Shown here: one piece after another, positions 36,151 through 51,560 of the stretch
How positions within the stretch are numbered: position 1 is the first letter of the stretch
Layout of the letters: every line of letters begins with the position of its first letter
From: the human T2T-CHM13v2.0 reference genome, Homo sapiens
DNA: 64,000 nt
Reading direction: 5' to 3' (one strand)
Assembly (NCBI RefSeq): GCF_009914755.1
Contig: NC_060926.1
Made by a program: the position numbers and the translations under genes
Notes under the pieces: model-generated
Database searches by the model: none
Seen by the model: only the letters and a program-made list of their open reading frames with translations
What the model was told of the DNA's origin: nothing

Positions 36151-36565
<415 letters not shown>

Positions 36566-37577
36566 CCAATTTTAGCTATTTTTAATTCCTTGTTTGATAA
36601 TTCTAACATTTGTGTCATAGTTGAGTTTGGTTCTGATGATTGCTTTGTGTCTTCAGAGTGTGTCTTGTCTTTGGCATAGTTTGTATTTTTTCTGAAAGCT
36701 GGATGTGTTTTATGGGTGACAGATACTGAGATAAATAGGTATTTATTACAAGAATTTGTGTTAAAATATGGTGAGGAGATAGAAAGTTATTTAATGTTTG
36801 TTGTAGTGACAGCTATCAGAGGCATCAAATTCCAGTAATACCTTGTTTCTTTTCATTTCTTGGCTTTGGGACTTTTCTCTGTATTGCTCTCAAGGAAGAG
36901 TATGTCTTGCAGTTCTTTTAACTTGAATCCACCATTATTATACTGGGACTTGCTAGTGTCATGGTGGGTGTTGGGAAGAAAGAGCATGCTTTAATTTTCT
37001 GATTAAGTCTCAGTCTATCACTAGGCCTGTGTCTTGGGGTATGTCTTTTACAAGTGTTTCTGTCCCTCCTCTAGGGCTATAGCATTTCTCCCTTCCTCCA
37101 TGCCCCCTACTCCTTTTCTTTGCTACAGCATTCCAGATCTGTTTTTACTTTCGTGGCCCTGTCTCTGGTTGAATATGGCTCCCCATCCTCCTCTTGGGGT
37201 GAGAAAGGAGGGTTGGCATGGGCTGCAGTGGGCAAGAGCCATCTTCTCCCAGGAAGAATAAAATTGCAATATTTCCCCCCCGGTGAAGTCTTTTCCTCTG
37301 GAGTGTTGGCTTTTGTTTTGAGCTGGTGAGGTTATGGTGGGGTGGAACTTTGGGGGCTGGGGAAGGAGAGAAGGATCCATAACTTGAGTGCCTGCAAAGG
37401 AGAACTGGAAGAGAGGCAGTATGAGGAAAGAAAGTCAGCAAGGTCTACTGGCTTGTCTCAATCCAAGGAATTGGGAAATGTGGTGGAACCAGGAAAGGGA
37501 AGTTTAAAAAGAGGAAGTCACCAAAGTTGACAAACCTTGCCCACTGTCTTCAAAGGGGAAATGCCTGGGAATGGTAT

Positions 37578-38170
37578 TGTGTCCAGAATTGGTGGGTTCT
37601 TGCTCTCAGTGACTTCAAGAACGAAGCCGCGGACCCTCACGGTGAGTGTTACGGTTCTTAAAGGCGGCGTGTCCGGAGTTTGTTCGTTCTGATGTTGGGA
37701 TGTGTTCGGCCTTCTGGTGGTTCGTGGTCTCGTGAGTGAAGCTCACAGTGGTGTGGGGAGGCTCAGGCATGGGGGGCTGCAGGACCCAAGCCCTGCCCTG
37801 CGGGGAGGCAGCTAAGGCCTGGCGAGAAATTGAACACAGCAGCTGCTGGCCCAGGTGCTAAGCCCCTCACTGCCCGGGGCTTGCGGCCGGCCTCTCCGAG
37901 TGTGGGGCCCGCCGAGCCCATGCCCACCTGGAACTCGTGCTGGCCCACAAGCGCCATGTGCAGCCCCAGTTCCCGCCCACGCCTCTCCTTCCACACCTCC
38001 CTGCAAGCCAAGGAAGCCAGCTCCGGCCTTGGCCAGCCCAGGAAGGGGCTCCCACGGTGCAGCGGCAGGCTGAAGGGCTCCTCAAGTGCCGCCAGAGTGG
38101 GCACCCAGGCAGAGGAGGCGCCGAGAGCGAGCGAGGGCTGTGAGGGCTGCCAGCATGCCGTCATCTCTCA
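37578..38170 (-). mobile_element. LTR12C-like 3' LTR of HERV9, internally deleted
   Basis: Minus strand reads TGAGAG...GGACACA; CpG-rich U3; preceded by polypurine tract agaggggggat; only about 590 bp, with a junction near 37750. Confidence 0.88.
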
Positions 38171-39036
38171 ATCCCCCCTCTAAACAGGACACCCCAACTG
38201 CTGTTGGGAATTTGGCTGATGACCACTCTAGCTACTTCCTGCTGGATAGGGGCAAAGAAGGGGCCCTGCAGTTCTAGTGTCCTCCAGAGGGGAACTCTCT
38301 AGGCCAGTGGAAGTGCCAGCGGGTCAGTCCAGGGGTCCTTGGTAGAAGTTGTTAGTTGAACTCTTTTGGGGTTCCATTTGTGAGACCATCTGTAGCTTAG
38401 TGGCCTCGATTCTAGAGGAAACAAATTTGGCAAGAAGGTTAAAAATACAGGTTCCAAAGGTGAGTAACAGTAAGATGGCTGCCACGGGACCTAGAAAGGG
38501 GAGAAGGCATGTTGCCCAACTCCAGGGGTTGGTATAAGAATTTGAAAGGTGTTGTCTGATTTCAGAAGCCTTTTCCTGTAAACGCCGGGCGGCATCTCAT
38601 ACTATCCCTGACTGGTTAGTGTAAAAACAACACTCTTCCCCTAAGAAGGTGCAGAGTCCTCCTTTCTCAACAGTGAGGAGGTCTAGGCCTTGGCGGTTTT
38701 GGAGAGTCACTGCTGCCAAAGAGTCTATTTGGGATTGTAGAGTAAGGATAGGTTTTGTTATTTCTTGCAAACTGTCTGAGAGGCAGATATGGGTTGAAGA
38801 TCCACATAAGTAGAATATGCCTTGGCTGGGTAGACAGAAATTTACCCTGGCTTTTAAAGGAATAGGGTACACTGCTTTTTTCTTTACTATTTCTTTCTCT
38901 CTCTTTCTCTCTTCGACTTCTTCTTTGTCTCTTCCTCTCTTTCTAACTCTGTCTTTGACTTTCTGTGTCTGTCCCTCTTTCTCTCTGACTCCTTCTCTGT
39001 CTCTCTGTTTCTTCCTCTCTCTCTCTTTCTCTGACT
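38171..39036 (-). pseudogene. env: HERV9 internal remnant with degenerate env transmembrane region
   Basis: ORF 38597..38872 contains [33 protein letters not shown] (immunosuppressive domain plus CX6CC); most of SU is deleted. Confidence 0.88.
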
Positions 39037-39469
39037 GTATGGCATAACTTGCTTATAAAATAACTTTCATTTTTGGAATTTGTTTAATAAATTGCTATGT
39101 GGGCAAAAATTATTTTTTCTTCACCTGTATACTAGCAAATAGTTTATTTTGTCTTCTCATATTTTTCCAGAAAATATATTTTTTATTTATCATTTGTTCC
39201 CAAAGTTACAAATCTAACAAAAAGGTATACGAATTAACATTGTTGGCTCTACAATATTGCATTGACCACAAATCGTTTGATCGTGAACAAATTATTTAGC
39301 TTCTTTAATTTTCAGTTATTTATCTGTAAAATCTGAATAACGCATCTCTCATGGAGTTATTGTAAGTTTTCAGTGAGATAATATAGGTAATATGCTTGTT
39401 TAGTGCTAGGCACTGCCCTGGTAAAGAGTAAATACTAAATAATGAATAGTTATCATTCTTATAACTTCT

Positions 39470-39735
39470 ATTGCTAAACATATATGATATATATTAAATG
39501 TTATGTAAATATGAAATAATATATAATATAATATACATGATATAATATGTTTAATATAAATATACATATAATTAATAATGAAGAATTACAATATAATTAT
39601 AATTATATATAATTAGTATGATATATTTATATAATAAATTTAGATATATATAATATAAATATTAGATATGTTTAGCATACATAATATATGTTCAGCAATA
39701 GAATACACACACACACACACACACACATACACACG
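39470..39735. repeat. AT-rich low-complexity tract plus (CA)n
   Basis: Directly visible. Confidence 0.9.
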
Positions 39736-39736
39736 C

Positions 39737-40028
39737 TTTTTTTTGAGACGGAGTTTCGCTCGTCGCCCAGGCTCGAGTGTAATGGCGCAATCTTAGCTCA
39801 CTGCAACCTCCACCTCCTGGGGTTCAAGCAATTCTCCTCCCTCAGACTCCTGAGTAGCTGGGATTACAGGTGCCCGCCACTACATCTGGCTAAATTTTTT
39901 GTGTTTTTAGTAGAGACGGGGTTTCACCATGTTGTCCAGTCTGGTCTCAAAGTCCTGACCTCAGGTGATCCATCTGTCATGGCCACCCGAAGTGCTGGGA
40001 TTACAGGCATGAGCCATAGTGCCCGGCC
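39737..40028 (-). mobile_element. AluSq-like SINE
   Basis: Antisense Alu dimer. Confidence 0.93.
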
Positions 40029-40403
40029 ACATATTTTTTTCCTATAGGAAAATACAGCTATGTAAAATGGCAAGATTTTATTTCTGAGTTCCCTGCCAAA
40101 AATCTGGTTTATATGATTGGCTTCTAGCGTAGTTATCAGCACCAGTTAATAAAGAAAGATATATGTAGTATATATACCTAAACACACACACGGGCTGTGT
40201 GTGTATGTGTGTATATGTGCATGCTTATATATACACATATATTTTTATACACACACACTTGTTTTCTTGGAAAAAAATTCTGGAAAGAAAAAACTTTTTG
40301 TTATTTCTGGAGAGTTAAAATGGAAAATGGGGAGAAGAATAAAAAAGTTAAAGTTTTACATTTTATTGTATGTTTTTCTATGTGATTTAATGTTTTATAT
40401 TGA

Positions 40404-41099
<696 letters not shown>

Positions 41100-41509
41100 T
41101 TAATGTTTTATTTTATGATTTATATTATGAACAATATTATTTTCTATAATGAAAATCACTTAGATGCGTGATATATATCTATGTATAGATATCTCTAACT
41201 GTAGACTCTCTTTAGATATCTCTAGACTTATATGTATATACAGAGAGAGAGTTTTCATCCCAATGAATTTTTTTCTTGCTTTACAGTCGTTCAAAAGCAC
41301 GAGTCCATTAAATGGTATTAATTTCTTAAAAGCAGAGATAAAACCTCCGTGTTTATAATTAATAACTGTTGAAGCATACAAATATATGGAAAACAATTAC
41401 ACAAATATTTCAGTATTTAAATTAAATGTTTCTATAATTGTGGTATAAAATGGGTTTTATTTCATGGTAAGATGAGTGGGAAAACATTCTTCACATCAGA
41501 GTGACTTTT

Positions 41510-41795
41510 TTAAAAGTACACAAGAGAGATTGGAGAGATATTAGTTAAAGGATATAAAATTTTACTCAGACGGGAGGAATAAGTTCAAAGATGTACATTA
41601 TGGTGACTATAGTTAATGACAATATATTTTATTCTTGAAAATTCTAAGAAAGTAGATTTTAAATGTTTTTACCACAAAAAAAGTATGAGGTAGTACATAT
41701 GCTAAGTACCTCAAGTTTGCCATTTCATGATGTATACACATTCAAAACATCATGTACACCATAAATATTTATAATTTTTATTTATCAGTTAACAA
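41510..41795 (+). mobile_element. L1MA-type 3' end fragment
   Basis: ggaggaataagttcaa...ggtgactatagttaatgacaat motifs. Confidence 0.8.
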
Positions 41796-43699
41796 AGAAA
41801 AAGTGCACAAAATAAATATTGAGAATTGTTTTGGACATGCTATTGGAAGCTTCAGCAATAGGAAGGTGTTAGGGACCCAAATGTGCTTTTTCATGTTGTC
41901 AGACTCTTGACTGGAAATCACATCAAGAGAATACTGTGGAGATTTCTGCAGGGCATAGAACACAATTCTGGGTTTTATCAGAAGGACACATATCCTTGCG
42001 GTTGTCTGACCAAATGCTTCATATGCAAGTTCAAACCTTTCAAGAAAAAAAAATACCCACTTAACACCCTCATCTTTTAAAAAGAGAAAAACACATCCTT
42101 CAGGCTATTTTAGTGAACATGCACAGCAAATCCAGCCCTTCTCTTTTGTTGTGCACTCAGGATCCAGATGTAAGCACCCATAAAGCCTCTGTAAGCCTTT
42201 CCCAGGAACTGAGGCTCTTTGCATGCTCCTCTGGGACCAGACACAATATAAATCTCGAATAGTACTTGGAATTTAGCTCACATAGGGGTGGGCTAAGTTA
42301 TATCAAACAGGTTTTCTGGTGCAATGATGATGATCTGAGCCATGAAAAATGTGTTATTAGCACTGTCAGTTTACATTCCCCACCAGAGAATGAACACAAG
42401 CCCCAGAGTTAATATGCTAATATTACCTTTCAATCCCTAGCTTTAGAAGAGGTTGAATTACAGAGATATTAAAGTACTGGGGGTGTTTTGAAGACATAAA
42501 CTTTGTCTGATTTCATTGATCCAGACTGTACTGCTAACTGTAGGTGGCTGACCTGTAAGTGTGTGCAACTGATCAAAAGGCAGGGGCAGTGGGGGTCAGG
42601 TAGGAGAGAGGATTCTTACTAGACCCTGAGAGCTAGAAATGCCTTTACGATAAGGTGTGTCAGCTTCCCCTTTTTATACGTGAGGCACCTGAGGCATAGA
42701 CATATGATGTGAGTTGCCTAAAGGAACAACATTTACTTAAAAATAAATTACGTTATTTGGTATTCAGATGATTACTAAATATTTATTACCAGATAATTTA
42801 TTTGGTTTTTTAAATATTCCAAATTCATAAATGCCACGTCTATAAAGACAAATCTATTGGCCAGAGTTGAAAAGCCTCCTTCTAATTTATTTGTTTGATA
42901 GTGATTTAGTCTTACCACTAAACTGTATGTTCTACATGGTGCTGACAGACCATTTTGGCTTCTTAATTGGTTATTCAGTTGCCTTCATATTGACAAATAC
43001 ATTCAGTGATTAGTGGGATGCAAACAGGTGATTCGCTGAGGCGTTGATCATAGTAGGCTTTAGTAGGTTTCACAGTGACCTTTGGGCACCTTCTGTGATA
43101 CTCTGCATAAAAAGAGAGAGAAAGATCAAGATCAATGATCTCTGGCATTATCTTCCTCTTTACTTTGGAGGTCACTAGTCCTACTTCATTAGGGCCATAC
43201 TGTATAGGTTTCATTTAACCTTAATTACCTCCTTAAAGGACTTATCTCAAAATCCAGTCACATTAGGGGTTAGGGCTTCAACATATGATTTTTTTTAGGG
43301 GGGGTCGCAATTCAGTCAGTAAGAGAGATGGAAGACCTGGGGTGTGATGTGACTCTGAGTCTGACTTAGAAACTCATCCTTATTCTTTGGTGCCTGTTGC
43401 TTCTTAGTGTATGACGTGGCAATAGTGGTATTTTTCCCTATCAAATTAATGTATATTTTTGTACCATAGCTCAGAATTAACTGTATTGCACTCCCCTCCA
43501 ATCCCCCTCTTGTGGTAGGTAGGAATGGCCAACGATTCTAACTAAATGATACAAAATAAAATACTTTGATGTTACTGGTATACTTTATCTCCAGAAAGGA
43601 GATTCCTTCTGCAACTGTGTTTGTGTGCTGACCTCCGATGTCAGATTCAAGCTCCAACTATCAGAGCTTGGAAAATGGGTTACACCATTAACTCATTCC

Positions 43700-44290
43700 A
43701 AGCCAGGATAGTCATTTAACATTCACTTGATCCACACAAATATATATTGAGTGCTATGTGCTAGGAGCCCTAATGGCTGGGAGTATGGCTGTGGAAAAGG
43801 CTGATAAAGTTCTTGCTGTCATGGAGAAGACGGGAAGGTAAGCGAAGAATAAGAATTCCATACAAGATTGCTACTCTGAAGAAATGAAGTAAGATGGTGA
43901 AATGGATGGGATCAGGACGTGGAGTAGTATAGTTTGGTGGTCAAGAAACCCTCTTTGCTATAGTGGCATCTGAGCTAAAACGTAAATGGCAAGAAAGGGT
44001 TAGTCATGGAAAGATTTGGGAATTAAATGGTCCAGGCCAAGGAATAAGAAGAGAAAAGGCTCTGAATGGGAAAATACGATTTTCTTGAGCAACAAAGAAA
44101 GAGGCCAGTGATTGAAGTTGGGTGGGGTTGGCCCAAGATGAGACGGAGAAGTCGACTGTAGCCAGGTCAGAAAGGGAAACTATGGAAAGGAGGTTGCCCT
44201 TTATTCCCAGTGCAATGTGACTCTCTTGCAGGGTGTTGTGCAAGAGAGTGACATGGTCTGATTGGCCTTTGTAAATAATCATGTTGGCAG
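43700..44290. mobile_element. L2 fragment
   Basis: Degenerate L2 motifs (tattgagtgctatgtgctagg; gagtgacatggtctgatt). Confidence 0.6.
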
Positions 44291-44702
44291 CAACACATAC
44301 CGCTTTCAACAATTGGGATTCTGTGTCTCTCTCTGACTTGAGTATCTTCCTGAGGCAGAAGGAAACAACGTATTCTGCAGAAGGGTCCATTTAAAATTTG
44401 TTTTGGAAGAGCTGCTCTGTCAGATAATCAGAATAGAATGGCAATACAAATGTAAGCTTTGCTTGTAGCTAACCCGTGTCTAGTCAGTGAAGAAACTCAG
44501 CCACTTGTTGGTGACTGCCCATCTTTTTTCTCTGTTGTTCAGATAATATTGATGATGTCTTAATGAGAAGTGACTTGCAGCTTCCTTTCTTCCTTCCTCT
44601 CTCTCTTCCTTCCTTGTAACGACCCTTCTAATGAGGGAGGAATTCTGTTGTCTGTCAGTACGTGCTCTTTTTCCTATGCAGATTCATCCTGTTCTAGGTT
44701 TA

Positions 44703-45027
<325 letters not shown>

Positions 45028-45295
45028 CTATAATGGGAGCAGATCTGAATCTGAACCTGGGAAATATTTGTTGCGGGCTTGCGTAGTAGCTGTGAGCCAG
45101 ACTTACTCACCAGGGAATTCCCAGACGGGAAGCTGTGCTGCCTCCACCTGTGGGCACTCCTCCTCTCTGTGCTCTGATGATACCTGTTATAGGACAGCTG
45201 GTGTGGTTTGGGGACATCTGAAACTGTTAAAGTCACATGCTCCCACAGAGCAGCTGGTGGCTGTAAGCGTCATCCATGGTGGAAGCAGGGAACGT

Positions 45296-45330
45296 AATAA
45301 ATATATATATAGTAAAAAAAATATATATAG

Positions 45331-45372
<42 letters not shown>
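45296..45372. repeat. (TA)n microsatellite with a duplicated 5' unit
   Basis: Directly visible. Confidence 0.95.
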
Positions 45373-45374
<2 letters not shown>

Positions 45375-45949
45375 CAGAGGTACAAGGAAGGAAGCCTAGC
45401 AGATCAACATTGAGAAATAGGGATATGATGGGGAAAAATGAAATTGAGAGGACACAGAAGAGATCATTCTAATTTCATGTGAAGAAATAGGAAATGAATG
45501 ATGGAGTAGGGACTGGGGAGAGGGACAGGATATGCACATCTGTGCCCGTTCACTGTGTCTGTGACACTTAGAGTCCAAGTCTTTGCCACAGCCCTCTCAG
45601 GAAGTGGGCTTGTGCACGTGGAGGCACAGCTTTCAAACAGGGCTGTCCTCTGGTGGTTCCTGATTAGCAGTGTAACATTAATCAAGTGCAATGTTATGTG
45701 GCCTTATTTCTCCTGCAGGGCCATATACTAACCTGTGCAAACAACCCCCACATCAGCCCTGAATAATGCCTCTGAACTTCTCTCTCTTTCTTTTTTTTCT
45801 TCCATGTTTTTGGTACCCTGTACCCCCTTGTACCATGTTTACCTTGGAGGCCAGGTGAAGTAAAAATTAAAATAACTAGGGCTACAAAGGAACCCAATTA
45901 TATTACAAATGCTTTCTCTCTATATATAATTATATTGAAATATATCATC

Positions 45950-46305
45950 ATATTAAAAAACAAACGTGTGATATAGCAATACATATGCATTTTATTAACA
46001 TGTTAAATAACAAGATCTGATGTGCCTAGTAACTTCCATTATATTGCAACAGGATGAGCATATTTTGAGATATCTGGACCAGTAGTAATATGGTATAAAA
46101 ATATCTGTGATTTCCATTGGTGACAAAGTAACAGGTACCATTGATTCCACTATAGTTTTTTTTGCTTATTCATAGTTAAATAACATGCTAAACTTCAGTT
46201 AGTTGTTAGTAAAAGTAAAATAAAAATATATATAACCTCCAATCAAATTCATAGACCCCCTGTATTTATCCATGGACCTTGGGTTAAGAGTTAAGAATCT
46301 CTGCC
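45950..46305. mobile_element. hAT-Charlie-type DNA transposon fragment (Charlie4-like)
   Basis: aatatctgtgatttccattggtgacaaagt and the terminal gttaagaatctctg resemble a recalled consensus. Confidence 0.5.
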
Positions 46306-48131
46306 CTAGGAGGTCTCTGAGGTAGAAAAATTAGGTGGCCAGCCTATCCATCCTTAAATTGGTAGAATGTACTCTGGTTCTGGGTTCTTTCTCTAGGGTT
46401 AAAGGATCCCTGAGAATATGGAAGAATTTTGTTGATACCTGGAAGCTTAATGCTTTCTGAGCATGTGCTGGGTAATCAATGCTGAAGGATATCACCAGAA
46501 TCAGCTGGACTAAAGTTTACAATCCACAGACTTTTCCAACTGACCTGCTTCCCCAGTGATCCATAATCTTGGCCCTAGAAGAGGCCCCTATGGGATAACT
46601 GTGGGCTGACGTAATTCCTACATGTACATCAAAATGGCCCCATGGTGGCTACAGTCACAGCCTCCAAGCCACAGAAATATTTGTTCACATATCAAAGTGT
46701 TTCCTTCAAGAAGAAATGAGATTGATTTTCTTCGCTACCTATTGAGATGATTACCTCTATGCCAGTTTTCATTTGTAAATATCAGGACAAGGTAACCCAC
46801 ATGCTATTAGACATGAAGCCACAAATTCTCATGGTTGGGGAAATGATTAATGATGATTCTTTCACCTGAAGTGCAGAGGTACTGCCAGAACCAGTGACCT
46901 GCCTCCTGCCCAGGACATCAGACATTTCCTGTTGGTGGAGTACAAACTTTTGTAGTCTTCTCTTGTTTTCCTGTTCTCTTGTCTTACCAACTTACTGCTC
47001 TGCCCAATATATAATTTTGCTGTGTGCTTCATTGCAAAGAAAATGATAAGTATGAATATTCTGGACCCTCCTCGTATGGATCTCACATGGTGCACTCAGG
47101 AGGAAATAAGATTATTGGAGGGTTCACATAGATTGTGTGACTGTGTGGGGGGGATGTTGTATAGGAGACAGAAGGTTTGGACACATGTTTGGACGTGATC
47201 ATCTTTTTGGCTGCTATCAACTATAAAAGTCATGATTCAGTGATTCTGTGAAATGCTCTGAACTGCTATGATAAAAGATGCCATGGACACAAAGAACATT
47301 ATTATTAGCTCCATTTTTTGAAGTGATGTTGTAATCTTTTTTCATTTTCAGTTTTATTATTCATTTGAGCTCACTGAATTTTCTCACCAGCTCTTCTTTT
47401 GTATTATTACAATATCTAACAGGTTTAATCAGCCAATTTGTCTTGACAAAAATTACATGCATGGCTGTCCCTATTCATAGCACTGTTTTGTTTTTTAAAT
47501 CTCCATTCAGCCATAGCTTCCCTCTCAAAGAATACCCCATATGTATATTCAGTCCTAGTGTTTTGATTTTGCCAAAAGGCCCCTTATCTGTTTTCCACAA
47601 GCAGAACCTGCTTTAATACTCATTGTCTGAGAGAATTGTTTTTAATCACTCCATATTCATGTGGAACTCATAGGTAGCTCCAATATCAGATTCAAAGTGA
47701 ACCAGCATTACTTAATAGAGTCTTTAAATAGATTATTAGAAGCAATTTTATTCCCTTGTGCTATTTAGTTCCATGCTCCTATTTTATCAAGAATATTTCC
47801 TTTTACCTGGCCTTGTCAGACTTTATTAGAGAGGGAGTGCATTAATAAGTTAAAAGTCTTAGTCAATATGAGAATCTTACATGAAGCTTCATGTTTTGCC
47901 TACCTTGGAATTATCTGGAATACTGGGCATGTATTCAGTTTTAAATTCATTACGTTGCTTTTTTGTTGGTCAAACCTTCAGCTCTATTGCCGCAAAGCTC
48001 AAATTCTCTGGACTTCTAATGAATCATCTTAAGAGAATTTATAGTACATATTTCTCACCTTGAACTAATATTTTAGACTTTGATTTGGGAGATGGTAATG
48101 CTTGCACAAATTTCTAAGCCACTTTGACCAT

Positions 48132-48647
48132 TGCCGAGACCATCGCCGAGACCCTAACCCAGCGGTGCTAGAGGAACTGAAGACACACACACACAGAAAT
48201 ACAGAGGTGTGAAGTGGGAAATCAGGGGTCTCACAGCCTTCAGAACTGAGAGCCTCGAACAGAGATTTGCCCACGTATTTATTAACAGCAAGCCAGTGAT
48301 AAGCATTGTTTCTATAGATTATAGATGAACTAAAAGCATTCCTTATGGGAAACGAAGGGATGGGCCAAAATGAAAGGATGGGTTTGGCTAGTTATCTGCA
48401 GCAGGAGCATGTCCTTAAGGCACAGATCGCTCATTCTATTGTTTGTGGTTTAAGAGTGCCTTTAAGTGGTTTTCTGCCCTGGGCGGGCCAGGTGTTCCTT
48501 GCCCTCTTTCCGGTAAACCCACAACCTTCCAGTGTGGGTGTTATGGCCATCATGAACATGTCACAGTGCTGCAGAGATTTTGTTTATGGCCAGTTTTGGG
48601 GCCAATTTATGGCTATATTTGGGGGGGGGGGGGCGCTGTTCCCAACA
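48132..48647 (-). repeat. 3' LTR (MER9)
   Basis: Minus strand TGTTGGGAAC...GGCA, preceded by polypurine tract aaagaagggggaca. Confidence 0.93.
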
Positions 48648-48659
48648 TGTCCCCCTTCT

Positions 48660-49720
48660 TTGATTTACAAATCGATAAAAGGAAAGGCAGCTTTGTCATG
48701 GTGAGCTACTTCTCGCAGGAGTCAGGATCTGCATCTGCAGACTATATAGTGACAAACAACACAGATTAAAAGCACAATCATCATTTAAATTACAGAGCTT
48801 CCAAGTATTTTTATTCATTTTGATGGGTTACTAGCTGCTAATCTGTTTGCAGCTCCTTCAGGCGCTCCATTTCCTGGCATTAAGGTCAGGTGTGCCTGGG
48901 ATGCTTCAAATATTGGTTCTTTTAATTTTGCAACATCCAAAAACAAGTTTGTAGAATGTGCTTCTAGATGCTTTTTTATTCTTTCCCAAATTTTGATCTT
49001 ACTAAGAGCTATTAATAGTTTCCATAAATCCTTATGTTTAGCTCCTACAGCGAGCCATGTCATTTGAGGTTGAGGTGCCACTATACCACCATGGTTCCAG
49101 ATAATAGGAACTCTGGCCGTACTTCTTGCCATTTCTACCATCTGACTGTTTTGTTCGAATCAGCTGAACATAGTGTGGCTGTGGCATGCAGGCTGAGAGG
49201 TACAACTTAAGCTAAACATCCCCTTAGGGGACCAATTAATAATGATTCCATAGGAATCGTTGTGCAGCTCCTCTGCCTGTTCTGCAATGCAATCTTCCTA
49301 AACAAGTATGTTCATTTTTTCTGACTGGGTCCAATCCTGTTTACAAAAAGGTTTTTGAGGGTGATATACTTCAATTATAGGAGCAGATTTATTATGGTAA
49401 ATACTGAGATCAGAAAGCATGTGTAACTGTGTTATAGAGTGATTACATCCAGGCACTATTGCCAGCCAAGATTGATAAATATGCCCAATGAGTATAATTG
49501 TTCTCTGAGTCAGCCCTTATTGAAGGAATACTCACGGCAGTGGTGATCACCATTATCATAGCTACCATTAAATTACTTATTGTGACTGGCTGTCCTGCCT
49601 TCCTTAGGTTTTCTTTTGCCATCTGTGACAGCTTTTTGATCTGTCCCCAGGTGGGTGTCTGTGTTCAACGGGTGTTGCTCGTGACAGTTGGGGTCCTCCT
49701 CAGTGTCAGTATCGACATGG
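48660..49720 (-). pseudogene. env: HML-3 env remnant (deleted, with stops and frameshifts)
   Basis: ORF 48815..49141 has TM-like WERIKKHLEAHSTNLFLDVAKLKEPIFEASQAHL; lies between IN and the PPT. Confidence 0.8.
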
Positions 49721-49739
49721 CTGCAACTGGGGGTCCTCG

Positions 49740-50744
49740 GGATCCTCCCCAGAATCTCTTCCTTGGCATCTGGCTTGTGATAACTTTTCAGGTGTCTTGA
49801 TGGTATCCAAATCGGCTGTTGATTTTGGCCTGGAGAAACACAAGCATAACCTCTACCCCAAGTTATTATTTTACATATTTTCCAAATTTTTGTTATCGGA
49901 TATCTCCACCAAACCAATTGTTTTGCTTCTGTCTTTGCAGCTGGTTTTTGTAGATGCTGTTCAGCTGCTGATAACATCTGGCCTTTGGGCAGGCTCAAAA
50001 AATTTAAAGTTAATAATGCTAGATTCAATTGTGTATGGGCTGTCCCGTAATCCCTATTTCTCCCCCTTTTTTGTTTTTGTCATCAGTTGTTTATCTGTAT
50101 GAAATCATAACTGAGCATTTTTAATTAACTGTGTGGAATGAACCACGTATGAAGAATCAGAAATTATATTAATAGGCATATCAAAAGCAGTCAATACCTC
50201 AATTACAGCTACAAGCTCTGCTTTTTGAGCTGAAGTATAGGGCATCTATAAAACTTTACTTTTTGAGCCAGAATAAGAAGCTTTACCATTATTAGACCTA
50301 TCTGTAAAACAATGAAAACACTTAGCAGGCTGCAGGTTGTTTACCGCAGGAATTGTAAATGCAAACCATTCAGTCTTGCTCAGCTAAGGGGATAATAAAG
50401 AAACAGTCTTTTAAATCTATGACTATTAAAGACCAGTTTTTTGGAATTATAGCAGGAGAAGGCAATCCTGGCTGTAATGCTCTGATAGGTTGTATAACTG
50501 AATTGATGGCTCTTAAGTCAGTTAAGATTCTCCATTTACCTGATTTTTTCTTACTTACGAAAACTAGAGAATTCCAAGGGGAAAATGCTGGAGCTATGTG
50601 CCCATTTTTTAATTGTTCAGTAACTAATTTCTCTAAAGCCTCCAGTTTCTCTTTACTTAGTGGCCATTGTTCTATCCAAATTGGCTTATCTGTTAACCAT
50701 TTTAAAGGTATAGCTTCTGGAGGCTTAACAGTGGGCACCATCAA
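49740..50744 (-). pseudogene. pol: HML-3 pol remnant: RT N-terminus, RNase H piece and IN C-terminus joined by deletions
   Basis: PIWIEQWPL...SPWNS...[17 protein letters not shown]...IDLKDCFF; [10 protein letters not shown] (RNase H); WGRGYACVSPG...WIPSRHLK (IN). Confidence 0.93.
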
Positions 50745-50749
50745 AAATT

Positions 50750-51560
50750 ATATACTAATCTTTGGCGGGAACTTTGTCCTTCTGCTTGAAGCGGTTCTTT
50801 CAAACCTTGCACATTTTTTCCTAGTCCCATACTAGGGACGTACCCCATTTCATGCATCATATGTTGACTTTGAGGGCTGTATAATTGTTCTGGAATTAAA
50901 ACTTGTGCTCCCCATTGTTGTAATAAATCTCTCCCCTATAAATTTATAGGTACAGAAGCTATACTTGGTTGAATAGTCCCAGGTTGTCCATTGGGCCCTT
51001 CACAATACAAAATATAACTACTTTGATATACTTCAGGGGCATTACCAACTCCAACTATGTTAAGTTGAGCTGGTTGAATTGGCCACGTGGATGGCCAATG
51101 CTGTAGAGAAATGATTGAAATGTCCACTCCTGTATCTACCAAACCTTTAAACTTCTTTCCCTGAATAGTTATTTCACAGGTAGGACGTTTATCAGTAATT
51201 TGATTTACCCAATAAGCTGCTTTGCCTTGTTTATTTGTGCTTCCAAATCTTCCTGTTCATTTAAATTTTACTTTTCCCCATTCCCACATATAGCACAATA
51301 AGGGGCTGTGCTATGAACTCTCCTGGCTCTGATTTCCAGGGAACAGAAGTAGATAAAACAATTTGAATTTCTCCACTGTAATCTGAATCAATGACTCCTG
51401 TGTGTATTTGTACCCCTTTTAAATTTAAACCAAACCTGCCTAGAAGTAATCCTATTGTCTCCGCTGGCAAGGGTCCACAGACTCCTGTTGGGACCTTTTG
51501 TGGGGGTTCCCCAGGCAGAAGGCTCACAGCTCTTGTGCAGCATAAATCTACTGTGTGTGG
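50750..51560 (-). pseudogene. pro: HML-3 pro remnant (dUTPase, aspartic protease, G-patch)
   Basis: GVIDSDYSGEI dUTPase motif 3; VDTGVDISII protease active site; MHEMGYVPSMGLGKNVQG G-patch; stops and frameshifts present. Confidence 0.93.

Noticed and set aside
37620-38165. CpG island or gene promoter with GC-rich ORFs
   Set aside because: Fully explained by the CpG-rich LTR12C sequence
38597-38872. Syncytin-like domesticated env
   Set aside because: Only a 91-aa fragment; SU is deleted and a stop occurs before the membrane anchor
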